Shown: positions 1-19,915, counted from the stretch's first letter. The stretch is DNA of 64,000 nt from Blastocystis sp. Blastoise (GCA_039096225.1 JBBPEB010000034.1:868001-932000); one strand, 5' to 3'. Notes: a model not told the origin generated them from the sequence alone. Translations and numbers: made by a program.

Positions 1-113
1 TTGATTATTATATTTATGTTTGTTTAATACTTGTTATTTGTCGATATATTATAATTATAATGATTATTATTATTTATTTATATATTATTTATCATTATTA
101 TATATTATTATAG

Positions 114-636
114 TCTCGTTTAGATACAGCTCTTCACAGTATTAGTGGTTTGTTAGCCGAAGGAGGGATCTTCATCTGCACACTCAGTGACGGGAATAGT
201 GTTTCACGACTGTTACGAGGATATGGTAAAACAGAAGAAAATAAACGTGTTTGGAAAAATTCAATATGTAAAATTGAAATGAATCTAGATCAATATTCAC
301 GATTATATAATAATAAAAATGATCCTTACGGAATATCCTATGATTTCACTTTATCTGTATAATATATATATATATTTAATTATTTATTTATTGAGTATTA
401 AAATAATTATATTAATTATTTAGGGTGTTGTTGAAGAATGTACAGAATATATAACATTCCCCGCGGTTATGGAGCAAAAAGCAAAAGAAAATGATTTAGA
501 AGTTTTGTATTATAAGAATTGTCAAATATTTGCTGATGAATGTATACGTGATGATAGATATAGATCATTATGTAGAACAATGTATGTATTTAATAATCAA
601 GGGAAAATCACTGATGATGAATGGGAGTCTTGTCAA

Positions 637-680
<44 letters not shown>

Positions 681-846
681 ACATTATCTATTCAATATCT
701 TTTTATTCATCATATATGTATATATTTTTCTATAGGTATATAATGTGATGATATTAAAGAAGAAAGGTATATTTAAAGGTTATAATAATGATATTCGTGG
801 AAAACCATCAAATGAAATTAAAGAAACGGATATTCAACATTATTAA
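114..846 (+). CDS. RNMT: mRNA cap guanine-N7 methyltransferase (RNMT/Abd1 family), last 3 exons; 5' end lies outside window
   Basis: Spliced peptide ..LLAEGGIFICTLSDG..YGISYDFTLS|GVVEECTEYITFP..ITDDEWESCQ|VYNVMILKK..HY* matches the C-terminal motifs of cap methyltransferases (L.pGG.FigT.pd; fG..Y.F.L...vd.cpEy; Y.vf.F.K). TAA at 844-846. Confidence 0.8.
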
Positions 847-1238
847 TATATATATATATATATATGTATTTATATATATGTTGAAAAAACTAAATAATGT
901 ATAAAATATGTTTTTATATTTATTATTCTTAACGATAAACAATATATACACAAAGTCTAATAATTAAATATATTATTCAAATTATACTACAAATATTATC
1001 GACTAAATGTAAAACATAATTTAATTATTATAAAATCTATTTTAACTATTTTTTATAACTGTATATAACTACTAAACAAGTAAAAAAAATAAATGTTTAT
1101 AGTTCTTAATATATATACAATGAAAGCAAGGACATAATAAAAAAATAGCTATAATGAAATTATCAATATATATATAAATAATAATAAATTAAAACAATTT
1201 ATAATTAATAAAAAATACTATACTATACTATATATATA

Positions 1239-4879
<3,641 letters not shown>

Positions 4880-5416
4880 TTTATTTATACATATAAAAAT
4901 TACTAAAAATAGTACATTGTTAGAAGCGGATGATAATTATAGAGCCAGAATATATACATTAGTTAGTTATAATGTTTAATGTATAGTAAACTATTGAAAT
5001 CAATACTGGTTTATCTCTTTAGTAGAGGATTCAAAGAGAATATTAAGAATAATTATAATTGAAAATTATCTTGATTATCTTTTGGATTCTAGTTTGATTT
5101 CTTGAATAAACACAATTTTCATTTTCATATATATTTATATAAATATAACGATGAATTTGTATTTTCATATAATAAAAACTGTTGATATTTGTTTTTGATA
5201 TCTTGATCGGTCGTTTAAGAGTTTATAGAAATGTATACGTTATCATAAATTATAATTCATCTAATTTTCATTTTTTAAAGACTTAAAGACCCATTTATGC
5301 TACTCATATTCTTTTATTAATTGTACGTAGTCTTATAATTAAAATATATACTTGATTTGGAGAGAAATCCTTCAAAAAATAATATAAAAACAAATTTGAA
5401 TTCATTGTTTCATATT

Positions 5417-8116
5417 TTACATTTTTAATTTATTACTTCTATTATTTATATATTCTTTTTGAATCCCCGTCTCTTCGATGTTCAATATCTGCAATACTGG
5501 ACTATATAAACATTATTTTTTAAAAATATTATTATTATTATAGAATATATATACTTTTCTAAAATTTTATTCATAGATTTATTAATAGATTCATATTGCT
5601 GTGATGATATATATGAACAATAGTTTTTGGATAGATCAATAGATAATAAACCACTAGATATTGTTGAGAAATAATCAAGTAATTGAATTATTATATCTAT
5701 AGACTACATATAGAATAGATAGTATATCTATAAACATATTTGTAGAGAAATAATGAATATTATATAAATAAATAGAAACTATGTAAAACTTTATAATACT
5801 ATAAATAATATATATATATACAAGAAAGCATGATGATAATGATATTGTTTTTATTGTTTTTATTGAACAAATGAATTTCATAAATAACTATATATATATA
5901 TATTATAAATTGAAGAGATTTTTATTAATAATATTCATATTCAATAAATAATAGTATATAATTTAATTCAAAATAGATATATATAATATATATATACATC
6001 AACAATAGTAGAATGAATATAAATTCCATTTAAATATAAACAAGTAATAGAAGAGAAAGAAAGACTTTCTAAAAGAACAGGTAGTACATTTGTACTTATA
6101 TATGTATATGTTAAATCTATATATATATATATATATATTACTATATTATTTATATAATAAATATAAATAGATATAATAGATTATTTTAAAATAAATGTAT
6201 AATAATCATATATATATACTTAATGATGTTAATATATTAGATTTCTTCATATTATTTGATAATAAAGAGACAGTATTATCCAATAAACATATGAATGATA
6301 GATTCTATATATATATAAATAAGATTTCTTATAATAAAATAAATAATATACTAATGTATTTATCTTCATTTGTATATATGAATTACTTAGTAATAAATAA
6401 ATTCCATCTATATATATAAATCAATATATATATATTAATAATTCAATATATATATATATACTTGAGGAAACTAGAGTATGACTGAAATCAATTGCTGATA
6501 ATCGTGGGAATATATTGAATTTTAATGCTTCTAATAATATAGTGATAGTAAGATCAGTAATAGAAGAAGAAGCAAAAGATATCGATATAATGGAAGATGA
6601 AGAAGAAGAAGAAAAACATTGAAATAATATGAATATATCCATATCAGTAATTGATGAAGAATTTATTGATAGCTCTATATATAATATATATAGTATACTC
6701 AAAATAATATATAAATATAGAATATATTACTTAGAATATAATTAATTTTATTTTAGAGTATAAATTATTCGTTTTTAATAAATATTTAATATATATACCT
6801 TCAATTGTAGAATTATTAAATTCATTTAAATAATTATATAAATAAATATTTTTATTAATAGAATGTTTAGTACACATAGATATATATAAAGAAGAAATAG
6901 TTTCTTGTTCAACCTCACTTAAAATAACCTAAAAAGAATGAATTATATATATATATATATTATAATATTATTACTATGATTGATAATGTAAAATAAACTT
7001 TAAAAAAATATATATATAATACTAATAGAATACTAATATATATATACATTTAATCGTTCATTATTAGTAAGAATAGAATGACATAGAGACTCAGGTAGTA
7101 ATTCAATATTATTATTATCTAATAAACGAATCACATGAACTTTTCTACCCTATATATTATTATTTATTATTAATCAAATAGTACAGTTTATATAAAATCA
7201 TATTTATAATAAATTTATAATATTAAAAAAAAATTAAATTTTTAAATTTAATTATTATTATATACTGTTTCATTTTTAATATTGATTTCAATTCTGCGAA
7301 TAAGTTCTCCAATGATAATATTATGATTTTGTTTTTCAATAGTAATTTTAAGAATATTAAAATTATTATTATATCCAATATATAGAGTAATAAAAGAAGA
7401 TACTAAATTATTATTAATAAATGAAGATTGTTGAGATACTACAGAAGTATTTGTAGGTAATAGAGAAGGAGAAGGAGGAGATGAAGAAGACAATCCTTTA
7501 TATACATTCTCAGTATATACAGAAGGTCTATCAATAAGTGAGATATCATGTTTACTATTATCATCATCATTTTCATCATCTATATTATTCATAGTTGTCT
7601 TTCTCCTTTTCACTTTATATATATTATCTATATCATTATCATTATTATTAGGAATAGATGCATTTTCATCCATTTCTAGTGGAGACTCAAAATCAAAAAT
7701 ATCATCATTATTATCAACAGTATTTACAATAGATATTTTTGAATTCATTGGAGTATTTATATTCCTTTTATTCTTATTTGATACTATTAAATGTTTCTTA
7801 AACATAGATCTATTATTATTTGTTTTATTATTATTTATATATATATTCTTTATATAAGGTTGTCCACTATTCTTCTTATTATAATTCTTATTTATATACG
7901 ATTTATTCCTTGAATATCCTTCTTTTGATATTTCTTCATTAATAGTAGTTAATATATTCTTCATCATTTGATTTTCATGATTAAAACGAACTGACTGTCT
8001 TCTTTTACTATCTAAATATATATCCATATCTTCTTCATCATCTATAGAATTATTATTATTATTATTATTTGTTTTATTATTATTATTATTTGTTTTATTA
8101 TTATTATTATTATTTG

Positions 8117-8174
<58 letters not shown>

Positions 8175-8176
8175 TG

Positions 8177-8220
<44 letters not shown>

Positions 8221-10454
8221 CTTTTATTTATAATACTATCTAAATCACCATGATCTTCTTCTAATAATAATGATTTTTGATTTCTATTTATTTTCTTTTC
8301 TATATTATCATTCATATAAGTATCCCTATTATTAATTGAATTAATACTATTCATAGAATTATTATCATCACTTGTATCATCAGAATCCATTGAGAATGAA
8401 TAAATAGGTTTTGTATTATTATAAAGTAAACTTATATCTAATTGAGAATGTAACATTAAATCTTTATATTCTTCTTGTTTATTTATACGTTTCATATCAT
8501 TTAAAACATCCAATAATAAATCATTTAATTTGTACTCTTTACATAATGATATACATTTAGAATAATATTCTTTACTTTTAATAATATCATCTTTATTTAT
8601 AATGTCATTTCTATTTGGAATATATATATTAAATCTATATAAATATCCAATATTCTTTAATGTATATAAATATCGTTCTTGATCTTTTTTTGTTCTTTTA
8701 TCTAAGGATATAGTACCATATAAATCAATAGATAAACGTAAATACTTAATACCTTCTTCTTTATATTTTAATAACGTCTCAGAAAATGATTTTACAGAAT
8801 ATAAAGAAGAAGTTGCAGAAATATTATTATTATCATTTTTATTTTCATCTTTATTTTCATCTTTATTATCATTTTTATTATCACTTTTAATACCCGAAGA
8901 ACAATTATTTATATTCTTTTCATTTATAATATTTGTATCTAATTGTTGATATTTTTGTATATATAATAATATAGATAATGGTGATATTTCTTTTAATTTA
9001 TATACTTGACAATCTCCTAAATAACTATATACATGACATAAAACTTGATTTCTAGTCATGTTCACTTGTTTTCTATCATTATTCATATTATTTATATTAT
9101 TCCCACGGGGATCAGCATGTAGATCTAAAGAATCATTATCACTTAAAGAATCACTTTCATTTAAAAATTCACGATTATATAGAGTATCATCATGATTATT
9201 ATTATTATTATTAGTATTCGAAACCAATTCATGTTCTGTACTATTCGTATTCTTAGAATTCTCTATAGAATAATGCTGAAGATTTAACGATTTCGGAATG
9301 TTCTCCGTACATAATGAAAGTGCCATTACATTTGAAGGTAATGATTGGATTATTTCAAATAGCATATTTGAATAGATATATAATAATTCATGGTCTATAC
9401 CTTCTTCTTCATCTCCACTATTCAATTCACAGAATTCTAATAGAAGACCAATTCGTATATAGATATCATCTATAGAAAATACGAATAAATAGAAAGATAG
9501 CAAGAATAAAGTATATTGCAAAGAATACTACAAAAGAAAAATAAATTATATATATATATATATACTATTTAATTTAATTTGATTAATAAGATATTCTCTA
9601 GTATTAATTTGTAATTGTATATCTGTTTTTAATTCTTTAATATACTCAATAATACTAGAATCAGCATTTTCTACTATTTGTATTCCATCTTGAAGATATT
9701 GATAACATTTCTCATATTCATGGTTATTTAAACATATCTTTGCTAGACCCATATAGCATTGATATTCACCATAATAATCATCACGTTGTTTACAATATAA
9801 TATATTATTATTATAACATATTTTACTATATTTATATTCTTTTAATAATCTATATATTTCTCCTTTTCCAAACCATATATAACCATAACCATCTATATAT
9901 TCTCCTTCTAATTCTAATTGGGTTTTATTTATATCTTTATTATTATTATGATTTATGGGTATATTTATAGATAAACCTTTATTATAATATACTAATGCTT
10001 TCTCATATTCATACTATATATATATAATTAAATAATATAATAAGAGTTATAGAATTATTTAGATATATATATATATTTACTTGTTCTTTTAAGATATTTG
10101 CATAATTGTTAATTGCATATAAATAATCAATACCTCCATCTTTTTCAGCAATATTCAGACAGTACTTATAACATAATTCACAACTTTTAATACTCTTTTC
10201 TTGTTTTTCTATATTATAATCTTCTTCATAATCATCTTTTAATCTAGATATATATATTATATATATCATATTTTATTATATTTATTATATTTATATCTAT
10301 TATATTTATTATATTTATTATATTTATTATATTTATTATATTTATTAAATTTATTATTTTAATTACACTCATAAAAAAGCAACAAACATATGAATAACAT
10401 ATATATAAAAAAACAATATATATACATATGATTAATAAACAAAATACTAATGAT

Positions 10455-10486
<32 letters not shown>

Positions 10487-13400
10487 TACTGAATATAAAT
10501 ATTTCCAAGTTCTAAGTATTCTCTCATAATTTCTTTATTATATATAGAATTCATTTTTGGATCATGATAATTAGCTAAGGAATGTTTCAGCTCATTTAAG
10601 TCTGTCTGAATTAACTGTTTAGCTTCATTCACCTTATTTACTTGCCTTAAGCAAATACTCATATTTCGTCCAGCTATATATGCATCAATAGTACCTTTAT
10701 TTATAATACGATCTTTTTCATGATAATTATAGGCTTCTTTAAAATTACCATTATCTTCGTACATTTTACCTATTTCATTATAATACTCACTTTTCTGTTT
10801 GGCTGAAAGATGACTGAAATTCTTTTCCAATTCATGTTTTACACGATTCACAGATTGTTCTAAATCTTCATTATTATCATAATCTTCATCATTTAGTATA
10901 GTATCTTTATATTTATTCTTTATTCTCTCCAAATGAATTTGATACTCAGAATCTTCATCTTCTATATTATTATTATCATTATTATTAGCAGTATTATTAT
11001 TGGAAATACTCTTTTCTTCTTCTTCTATTTCATTATCACTTTCTATATACTCTATTTCATCATCATCCTTACATATAAATAAATCTTCTTCTTCATCTTC
11101 ATTATTATTTAATATATTCGGATTATTTGGATTGGTCGGAAAGCATGTGCGCATGGGTACTGTCTCTGGAATACTATTATTATAACTATTTTCTTCGTCT
11201 TCTTCTTCTTCCATTGTATCTTTCACTAATTTTCTTTGTCTATAGAATAAATATAGTTATTTATCATTTATTCTCTTTTCATTATTTAAAAAAATAGAAA
11301 AATATAAGTAATAATACAAACTTCAGAAAAATATATATATATATAAATATATACTCTTGCAACAAAAGTAATGCTTTTTTTGCTTTATTAAATGTTTTCA
11401 TTCGATTTAAAGAAATTATATAATTATTTAAACAACTAACAAAAGACTCACGATTTGTTTCTATATATTTACGAAATAATTTCAATGAATTCTGATAATT
11501 CTCTACTTCTTCCTATATTTAAAGGTTTATTTATTATACATTAATCATTTAAATATTTAGGAAATAGTATTTTAATTATATGTAACATATAATATATAAT
11601 ATATAATATATAATATGTAATATATAATATATAATATATAATATATAATATATACCTTTATATAAATCTTCATAGCGCTAAGAATATTCCCGCGTAATTC
11701 CCAAGCTCTTCCCTCGTCAATTTCCAGTGATATTGACTGATATAATTCTATATATATAATATATATATGAAAAGAATACTAATAAATAAAAAATATTCAT
11801 AAAAGAAAGAATAATTATATAATAGCAATATTTATATAGTAAATAATAAGATATATATATATACGTATAGTTTCAAAACAAATAGAACTGGCTCTTTCTA
11901 AATCTTTTCGATTCTCTTTTCCACATGAATATATATATATAGCATTTGCATAATCAAATAAAATAGCACCTTTTTCCATGGTTAAATCATATATTTGTTT
12001 TTTATATTTATTATTATTATTATTTGATATATTATTATTATTTGATATATTATTATTATTATTATTATTATCAAGGTCAATATCCTGTTCATCATCATCA
12101 TTATCATTATTATTATTATTATTAATATTATTAATATTATTAATATCATTATTATTATTATCTCCATTCACTAGAGTCTCTGATGTCGAAATAACCGTGG
12201 AAATCTGACTTTTATCTTTTGTTTCATTTTCTTCTACTTCTTTTATTTGTATATTAATAATATCTAAGACTTGTTTATATATATCTTCATCTATATATAT
12301 ATTTCCTTCTCTTGCTAAATCTATATAATTCATTAAACATTCTTTTTTCTTTATTTTATCATTTGTTTCTTCTACTTCTTTCTTGATCTCTTCTAATTCT
12401 ATATCTATCTCTATATATCTCTTTAATGTTTCTAAATTCTTATCTATATCATGCAAATATTCTGAACAATTCCCACCATTCTTATATAGATCTTTTGCTA
12501 ATATATATTCATTCTTACTTTTCATATAACTATCTTTTGTATGTATCTTTATATATATATTACCTAAGGACTGATGTGCCTGAGCTTCTAATATATACAT
12601 ATTATGAGATTCACTATATATATATATTATAGGATTTACTATATATATATTATATTATTTACTATAAATATATATTAATTTATTTACTATATATCTTATA
12701 TTATTTACTATATATATTATATTATTCACTATATATATATACATAGATCCAGGTGGATAGGATAGCCTATTTGTTCGACAGTAATTAATATCTTTTGTAA
12801 TATATTCAACGGCTGGAACAAAATCATTCATATTTCCATATGAATTACCTATATAGATTAATAGTAATTATATTATTTAGAATATTTTAATTATTATTAT
12901 TATTTGATATACATATGTATACATACCTAAATTATGGAATACTTTTGATTGTGTAGATTCAAATCCCTTTAAAACAGAGACAGGTATACTTTTCTATATA
13001 TATTATTATTATTATTCAATCTAAGTATTTACACATATATAAATATCTATATATGTATATATATACATCTTGTTTAATTCGTTCAATATCATTAGCTATA
13101 TACATATATCCCTCAACAGCACGTTTATATTCACCAATCTCCTGTCTCCCTACAGCAATATTTAAACGACAATCATACTAGTATATATATATATATATAT
13201 ATAGAATATTAAGTAACCACAAAATTGAAAAAAATATGAATAAGAAATATAATTATATATATATATATATATATATATACAACTGCTCGCTGAATACTAT
13301 AATAAAATGTATTCCATTCTTCTTCTTTATCTTCTTCTAAAAACTTTGATTTTTCTTTGCTATGTATATACTATATATATTATTGAATAGCTAAAAGAAA

Positions 13401-14231
13401 ATTATTATTAAAAAATAGTGGATTAATAATAATAAAATATATATATATAACAACTTACACTTAGTTTTTTTAATACTTTTAATGCCCTTTTTTCATAATA
13501 TATACATCGATAATGTATATGGAAATCACCTTCAGCGTCTTCATAATGATCAAATTCAGACATTCCCTATATATATATATATCATTATTATTATTATTAT
13601 CATTAAAATAAATAAATAAATAATAAAACAACTAATAATATACACGATCAAAATAAGTTAGACCTAAATTGCATAAACCTCTATAATACTCAAATAATTC
13701 TAATTTATTTGTACATTTTGAAATATATTCTTGTTCTTCTTGGATAACTATAAATATGTTTCATTAAATAAACATATATGTAATAATTTAAATTACTTTT
13801 TTTTGAATAAACACGTGTTTTTGGTATTGAATTGATATCTTGAGTTCTTAGAATACATAAACAAAGCTCATATTCTGATTTTGACTTTACAATTATATAC
13901 AATAACTATTAAACACAATATAAAAATCATACTTTTGACCAATCTTGTAATTGACGATAGCAATCACCTAAAAGTCGTAGTGTGACGCTTCTCGATATCA
14001 AATCTTTGTTTGTAATAGCTATATCTTTAGCTTTGAGCAAGCAATGACTGCAATCAAGAAGATTCAATCTGCCACCTAAACCCAAATAGATTTCTGCAAG
14101 CTCATTTAATATTGTAATCTATAACAAATAATAATTGAATCATATCAAAGATAAATTACTTGATCTATAAGATTCTTTTTTCCTATTGCAACAACCAATT
14201 GACTTTTTAATTCTTTTATGGAATCACCCAT
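5417..14231 (-). CDS. TONSL: TONSOKU-like (TONSL/TSK/BRU1) protein: N-terminal TPRs, Asn-rich linker, ubiquitin-like segment, C-terminal LRRs
   Basis: N-terminus MGDSIKELKSQLVVAIGKKNLIDQ|ITILNELAEIY..SRSVTLRLLGDCYRQL..YRGLCNLGLTY resembles the TONSL TPR start. TPRs EAQAHQSLGNIY and YNEIGKMYE. UBL-like LKITIEK..IGELIRRIE, then LRR-like ELSINSSSITD/ISFASSSITD/LSAIDFSHTLV. Splice frames I checked at several junctions are continuous. Confidence 0.7.
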
Positions 14232-14601
14232 AATAACTTTATTAAGGTAGCGACTTAGAAACTATTTTATTTCGAGTATTTAGAATAAATCAAAGATAAT
14301 AACAACAAAAATACATTTAAAAATAAAACCGCGAAATTTCGTAATCTTTATTTTTTTTATTTTTCAATTTGTTAATACATAGAAGTATTTTCATAACATA
14401 TTCAATGTTCATCAGTAATTTAAAGTGCATATTATGCATAGATCTACAAGTTTTATTTAATATATAGTTTGGGATTGAAAGATTTTCTTTATTATCTTCA
14501 TAAAATCATATTTTTGGAATATTAAATCAAATGTTCAATATGTACTTAAATGTATTTGATTAAAATTAAACAAAAAACAAAAAAGAAAAATATAAAACAT
14601 G

Positions 14602-16004
14602 TTAAGATGACCCTTCAGAATCAAGTTCTTCATCTTTCTTTATTTCATTGTTTCTTATTTGTTGCTTCTCGTCATCTTTGTCTAAAATTTGTTTGATCTC
14701 TTTCCCTTTTGGCTCAGTTCCAGGATTAATGACCGATAAAAGTGATGGAAGCAAAATCATTCCATAAAGTAATCCATAAAGAACAACTCCAGACCTATAG
14801 TGAGTTATAAATTATATAATAGCAATCATTATATATATATACATCATAATAAAAAACATTTGATTTGTTGGAACTGGAACAAAAATGAGCATAAATACAC
14901 CAATAAATGTCGTTAAAGCAGAAGTAATTAAAGATCGTCCCATTTCTTGAATTGTTTTCTTTGAACGCTCTAAACCAGTTCCTTGTTGATGAGTAAAACT
15001 ATGAGTAATATGAGCTGAAAAATCGACTGCAATTCCAACTATATATAGAAAGAATTATATTAAATAATTATAAATATATTAATGTCTCTAATATATAAAT
15101 ATAATAATAATTCTCTTCAATATATTATAATTAATTGCTAATAAAATTATAAAAGTGAATTACTATAAATAAAAATAGTATATAAATATAATATATCAAA
15201 TATATATATATATACCACTCATGACAAGAATGACACTCGTAATAGCATTTAAATCCAAATTCATTTGAGGAATCCAGCTTAAAATAGATATATCTGCAAA
15301 TAATACACATAACATAGTAATTAATGCAGGGATAATACTAAAGAATAAAAGTAAAACTAAAAGTACAGCAAAAGCTGAGGTTAATATGTTTATAATAGTT
15401 TGATTAAATGTCACTCCAATCATTTCAAAATAATGATATAAATCTGTATAAGAAAACAATGATAACTGTGAAGAATATTCATTATTACTGTCATCAACTA
15501 ACTATATTTATAACATATAATATATTGAATTTCAATATAAATAATTTTTTATTATAGTTATATAAATATATATATACTTTTCTCATTTCAATCATTGTAT
15601 CTTTTCCTAATGCTAATTTATTAACTATTTCTTGTGAAATTGGTACAGTAACAACAACTGCTGAAATTAATTTATTAACATCTAGTGTATTCAAATTAAT
15701 TGATAATTTCTCCATCATTCTTGGATTTACCTATATATATATATGTTATGATATATATATATTGTATACTATTTATTTTGAAAAGTTAGTATATACTAAA
15801 GAAAGAGAAATTATATTAATTGATATATATATAGTATACTTTTACAAATTTAATAAAAGAATTTAGGAATTTTATTCCTTCTTGTGTTTTCGGATCTATA
15901 TTATTATATATACACCAATTATTATATTCAATAAATGGATTATCTATTGTTGTTAATATATTCGGAATAGAACGTGATTTCTCAGCTATCTCTATTATCA
16001 ATTG

Positions 16005-16045
<41 letters not shown>

Positions 16046-16676
16046 TACTCTATTTTTATATTTGTCAAATTCAGTATTATAAAAGACAATCTTAATGTTG
16101 CTGATTGTCTCTTCAAAATGGTCACGAGCAATATCAAAATATAAATTTGTATAACTATATATATATATTTATATTTATTATTATAAATTATGTTTAAAAA
16201 GAATAATATTATATAAATAATAAATGGTGCATAAAGTAGAATACCTGTCATAAGGCACCGAATCTTCAGGTGCAATTCCTTGTGTAATTTTAGTACATGA
16301 ATATATAGAATAAGAAAGTAAAACAATAAATACACCATAACAACAATAACAGAATAAAGAAGAACCATATAATGGACTTATCCAATAACTATAGGTATAT
16401 ATATGTTATATTTAATATATTTATTGTATTTATTTAATTTTTATTTTTATATATGTATTATTATGTTTATTATATTTAATATATTTATTGTATTTATTTA
16501 ATTTTTATTTTTATATATGTATTATTATGTTTATTATATTTAATATATTTATTGTATTTATTTATTTTTATTTTTATATATGTATTATTATGTTTATTAT
16601 ATTTATTATATTTATTATATACAATAATTGAGATAAGAAACTATTATCTTTGGGTTTTGACCGTTTTCTTGTTTGA

Positions 16677-16753
<77 letters not shown>

Positions 16754-17856
16754 TATATATATATATATATATAATTAATATATATATACTTGAGTATATA
16801 GAATAAGGAGTAATAGAAATAGTAGTAAGTGACTGAGGTGTTAAAAATGACGAAGGAGAAATTGAAGACAATGAAGATACTATATTATTATTATATTATT
16901 ATTATTATATTTATTATTATATTTATTATTATTATTTATTATTATTATTATCACCAAATAATATATATATATATATACAAGAATTACGTTGAACAGAAGT
17001 AGAGATTTCTTCATTTGATTCAATCATAGAAATATTATTATTATTATTATTACTATTATTATTATTATTATTATCTGAGATATTATTATTGTTATTATTA
17101 TATAGACTAGCGTCATGACGAGATGAAATTGATGATTTTATTTGTTTATCTTTTTGTTCTAATCGAATTTCTCGTCTCATGATAAGAACAAGAAAAGAAT
17201 CAAAGCACGTGAATGTTGTAAAGAAGCATGTGCTCATAACAATAGCAGATGATTCACAAAAGAATCGAATTCCATCAAATGAACTGTTCATTCCAGCTAT
17301 ATAAAAATATATATAATTATATTTGATTATATATTATTATATTTGATTATATATTATTATATTTGATTATCTATGATTATAGTTAGTTATATATAATTAT
17401 ATATCATTATTAATATACTAATAAAGGAAAGAACTGTTGTTAGTGATGTTACTAATATAAACACAAATGATTTTGACACTATATAGATAAATATATTTAT
17501 ATTTATCAAGATACTAATAGTATTATTATTATTACATATATATACTAGCTACACTATTTCTTCTCTCAAGAGACCAACTTTTATTTGTTCTTAAAAATAA
17601 TACTCCAAGTAATACCTATATATATATATATGTTTTACATTATTTATATGCTTATATATATATATATATATATATACAGAATTATCTGCTCCTAATCCGA
17701 GTGCTAGGAATGCAATAACGATGGAAATAGACGTCCAAGGGATGGTAAGAAGTAGAGAGAGACCGAGGCCAAGAAGAAGAGAACTCAAAATACAACCGAG
17801 AGTGGCTGACGCTACAAGTAGGGGATGAGATATATTGTTAATACATTATATATATA

Positions 17857-17911
<55 letters not shown>

Positions 17912-18866
17912 TATACCCATAAGAAGAGTAGTAGTGAAATGTACTTCATGAAGAGAAAATAAGAGAAAACAAAAGACTAATACAATATCTGTATATGCAT
18001 ACATATATATATGTCAATAATATAATAAACAATAATAAAGATGCCTTCATTAATAAGAATAAAAAACATTATAAATACTATTATAAATATACCAATAATA
18101 AACATGGGAATCGCCATATTTACTCCTCGATTTACTTCAGTAGATAATCCATAATCACTATAATGATATACCTATATATATATACATATATAAACATTAA
18201 TATATACATTATAATATAATGATTGTGTTGCATAAGAAGAAGCTATATCATGTGCCTTCTTCAACCAGTTTTCATATATATTTTTCATTGAAGTATCAGC
18301 TCTATAATTTTATAATTATTTATATATATATATATTATTATATATATTGTATATATAATAATATAATTTGTTAGATAATCATATATATTGTTATATAATC
18401 ATATGTATATACGTGATTTGCATAGAGATTGAGAGTCCAGTTGCTGATTGGATGCCATAAGAGGGATCTAAACAGTTTTCAACGGTTATATTAGAACCCT
18501 AATAAAACGATATACATATATAATATAGTGATATTATTATAACAATAAATTATATATATAATTATATATAATTATCATCATGAATATATTATATATATAT
18601 ACATTTCCAAAAACATAGAGAAATGGTATATAGGTTCTTGAAGAATTACATATATAGGGGATAATATCGTTTTCAGGTAGGGATTCTAAATTAGAAATGT
18701 TTTGGTCAAAATACCTTTAAACATAGGGGAAAAAAGTATAAATAATATATAATGAAGAATATATATTTTAAATAGATATAATAAATTTATTATACATATA
18801 TACATGAATGGAGATATATTTGAACATTCATTACCAAATAAAGGAGTACAAAAATCTATATAAAGT

Positions 18867-18900
<34 letters not shown>

Positions 18901-19639
18901 ATCATATGTATAACCATCAATTTCAATATTTTCAATTTCTTGGATAACCGTGAATAACTCTAATAAAGCTTGTTTATTTAATATATTTATGGTATCTTTA
19001 GGAATAGTAATTATATTAAACATATCCGTAGGAATAGTAAAGAATGAAGAATATAAGTTATATTCATCCCATACACGACCTGTCTATATATGAAAAAGAA
19101 GTAGTAGCAGGAGAAGGAGAAATAATATATATATAAAATAAAATAAAATAAAATAAAATAAAATAAAATAAAATAAAATAAAATAAATGAGAAGCCACAT
19201 TTAAAAATATATATATGAAAATATATACATAAACAACACATAAAATTTATACATAGAAAAATCAATAATAAATATATCTTAGCTATTAATCATTAATCAA
19301 ATAAATAGCATAAATATTACTATAAATAAACAGTTTATCATACATTTGGGGTGAATAGAACTTTAATATCAGTGATTTCATTGCTTGTAATATTTACAAA
19401 TCCAAATAAACAAATAAATAATATTATAAAATATAGGCTAATCACTATTTTGGGATGAGAAGATACTGACTATAAACGTAGTTATTTTCATTCATAGCCA
19501 CATACATAAGAAAGCCTTCTGATAAGTCTTGTGAGAAAACGCTTCAGGCGCAATTGAAAAATAGACCAACAACCTAATTCAATTACTTGATTGATACAAG
19601 AAACGAACCTTGTTTCTTTGGTTTAGATTCACGATTCAT
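14602..19639 (-). CDS. Patched/NPC1-family (RND, sterol-sensing domain) membrane transporter
   Basis: SSD motif IAFLALGLGADN, GIRFFCESSA, and C-terminal LDLNAITSVILVMS|VGIAVDFSAHITHSF..ERSKKTIQEMGRSLITSALTTFIGV..GVVLYGLLYGMILLPSLLS typical of NPC1/Patched TM8-12. No N-terminal NPC1 cholesterol-binding domain seen. Confidence 0.85.
16405..16620. repeat. Intronic tandem repeat, ~58-bp unit x3-4, in the NPC1-like gene
   Basis: Unit ttatatttaatatatttattgtatttatttaatttttatttttatatatgtattattatgt recurs. Confidence 0.75.
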
Positions 19640-19915
19640 TGTGTAGAAGAATAGTTATTTCAATAAAAGTATCTCACAGATCTTATGTTTCATTATATAA
19701 GAAAACACGTCGACATCCTAACACGATAAACATTTTCTTTGTAAATAGTACCCAAGAAATAGTGTTATCATTCTCTAAATAAAATAGGATAATTGTAGAT
19801 TATAATATGAACAAACCAAACACAATCACAACAACAAAAGGATAAATTTATGAAACAAAAATAAATAAAATGTTACAAATATAGATGATAATAGGATCAA
19901 TATAATCTTTGTTAT

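Noticed and set aside
8050-8220. Poly-Asn runs in the TONSL-like protein as a novel domain
   Set aside because: Ordinary (AAT)n low-complexity insertions typical of AT-rich protists.
17811-17916. Apparent second AA-ending intron in the NPC1-like gene
   Set aside because: A canonical AG at 17812-17813 gives an in-frame junction (..TLLM|ASATLG..).
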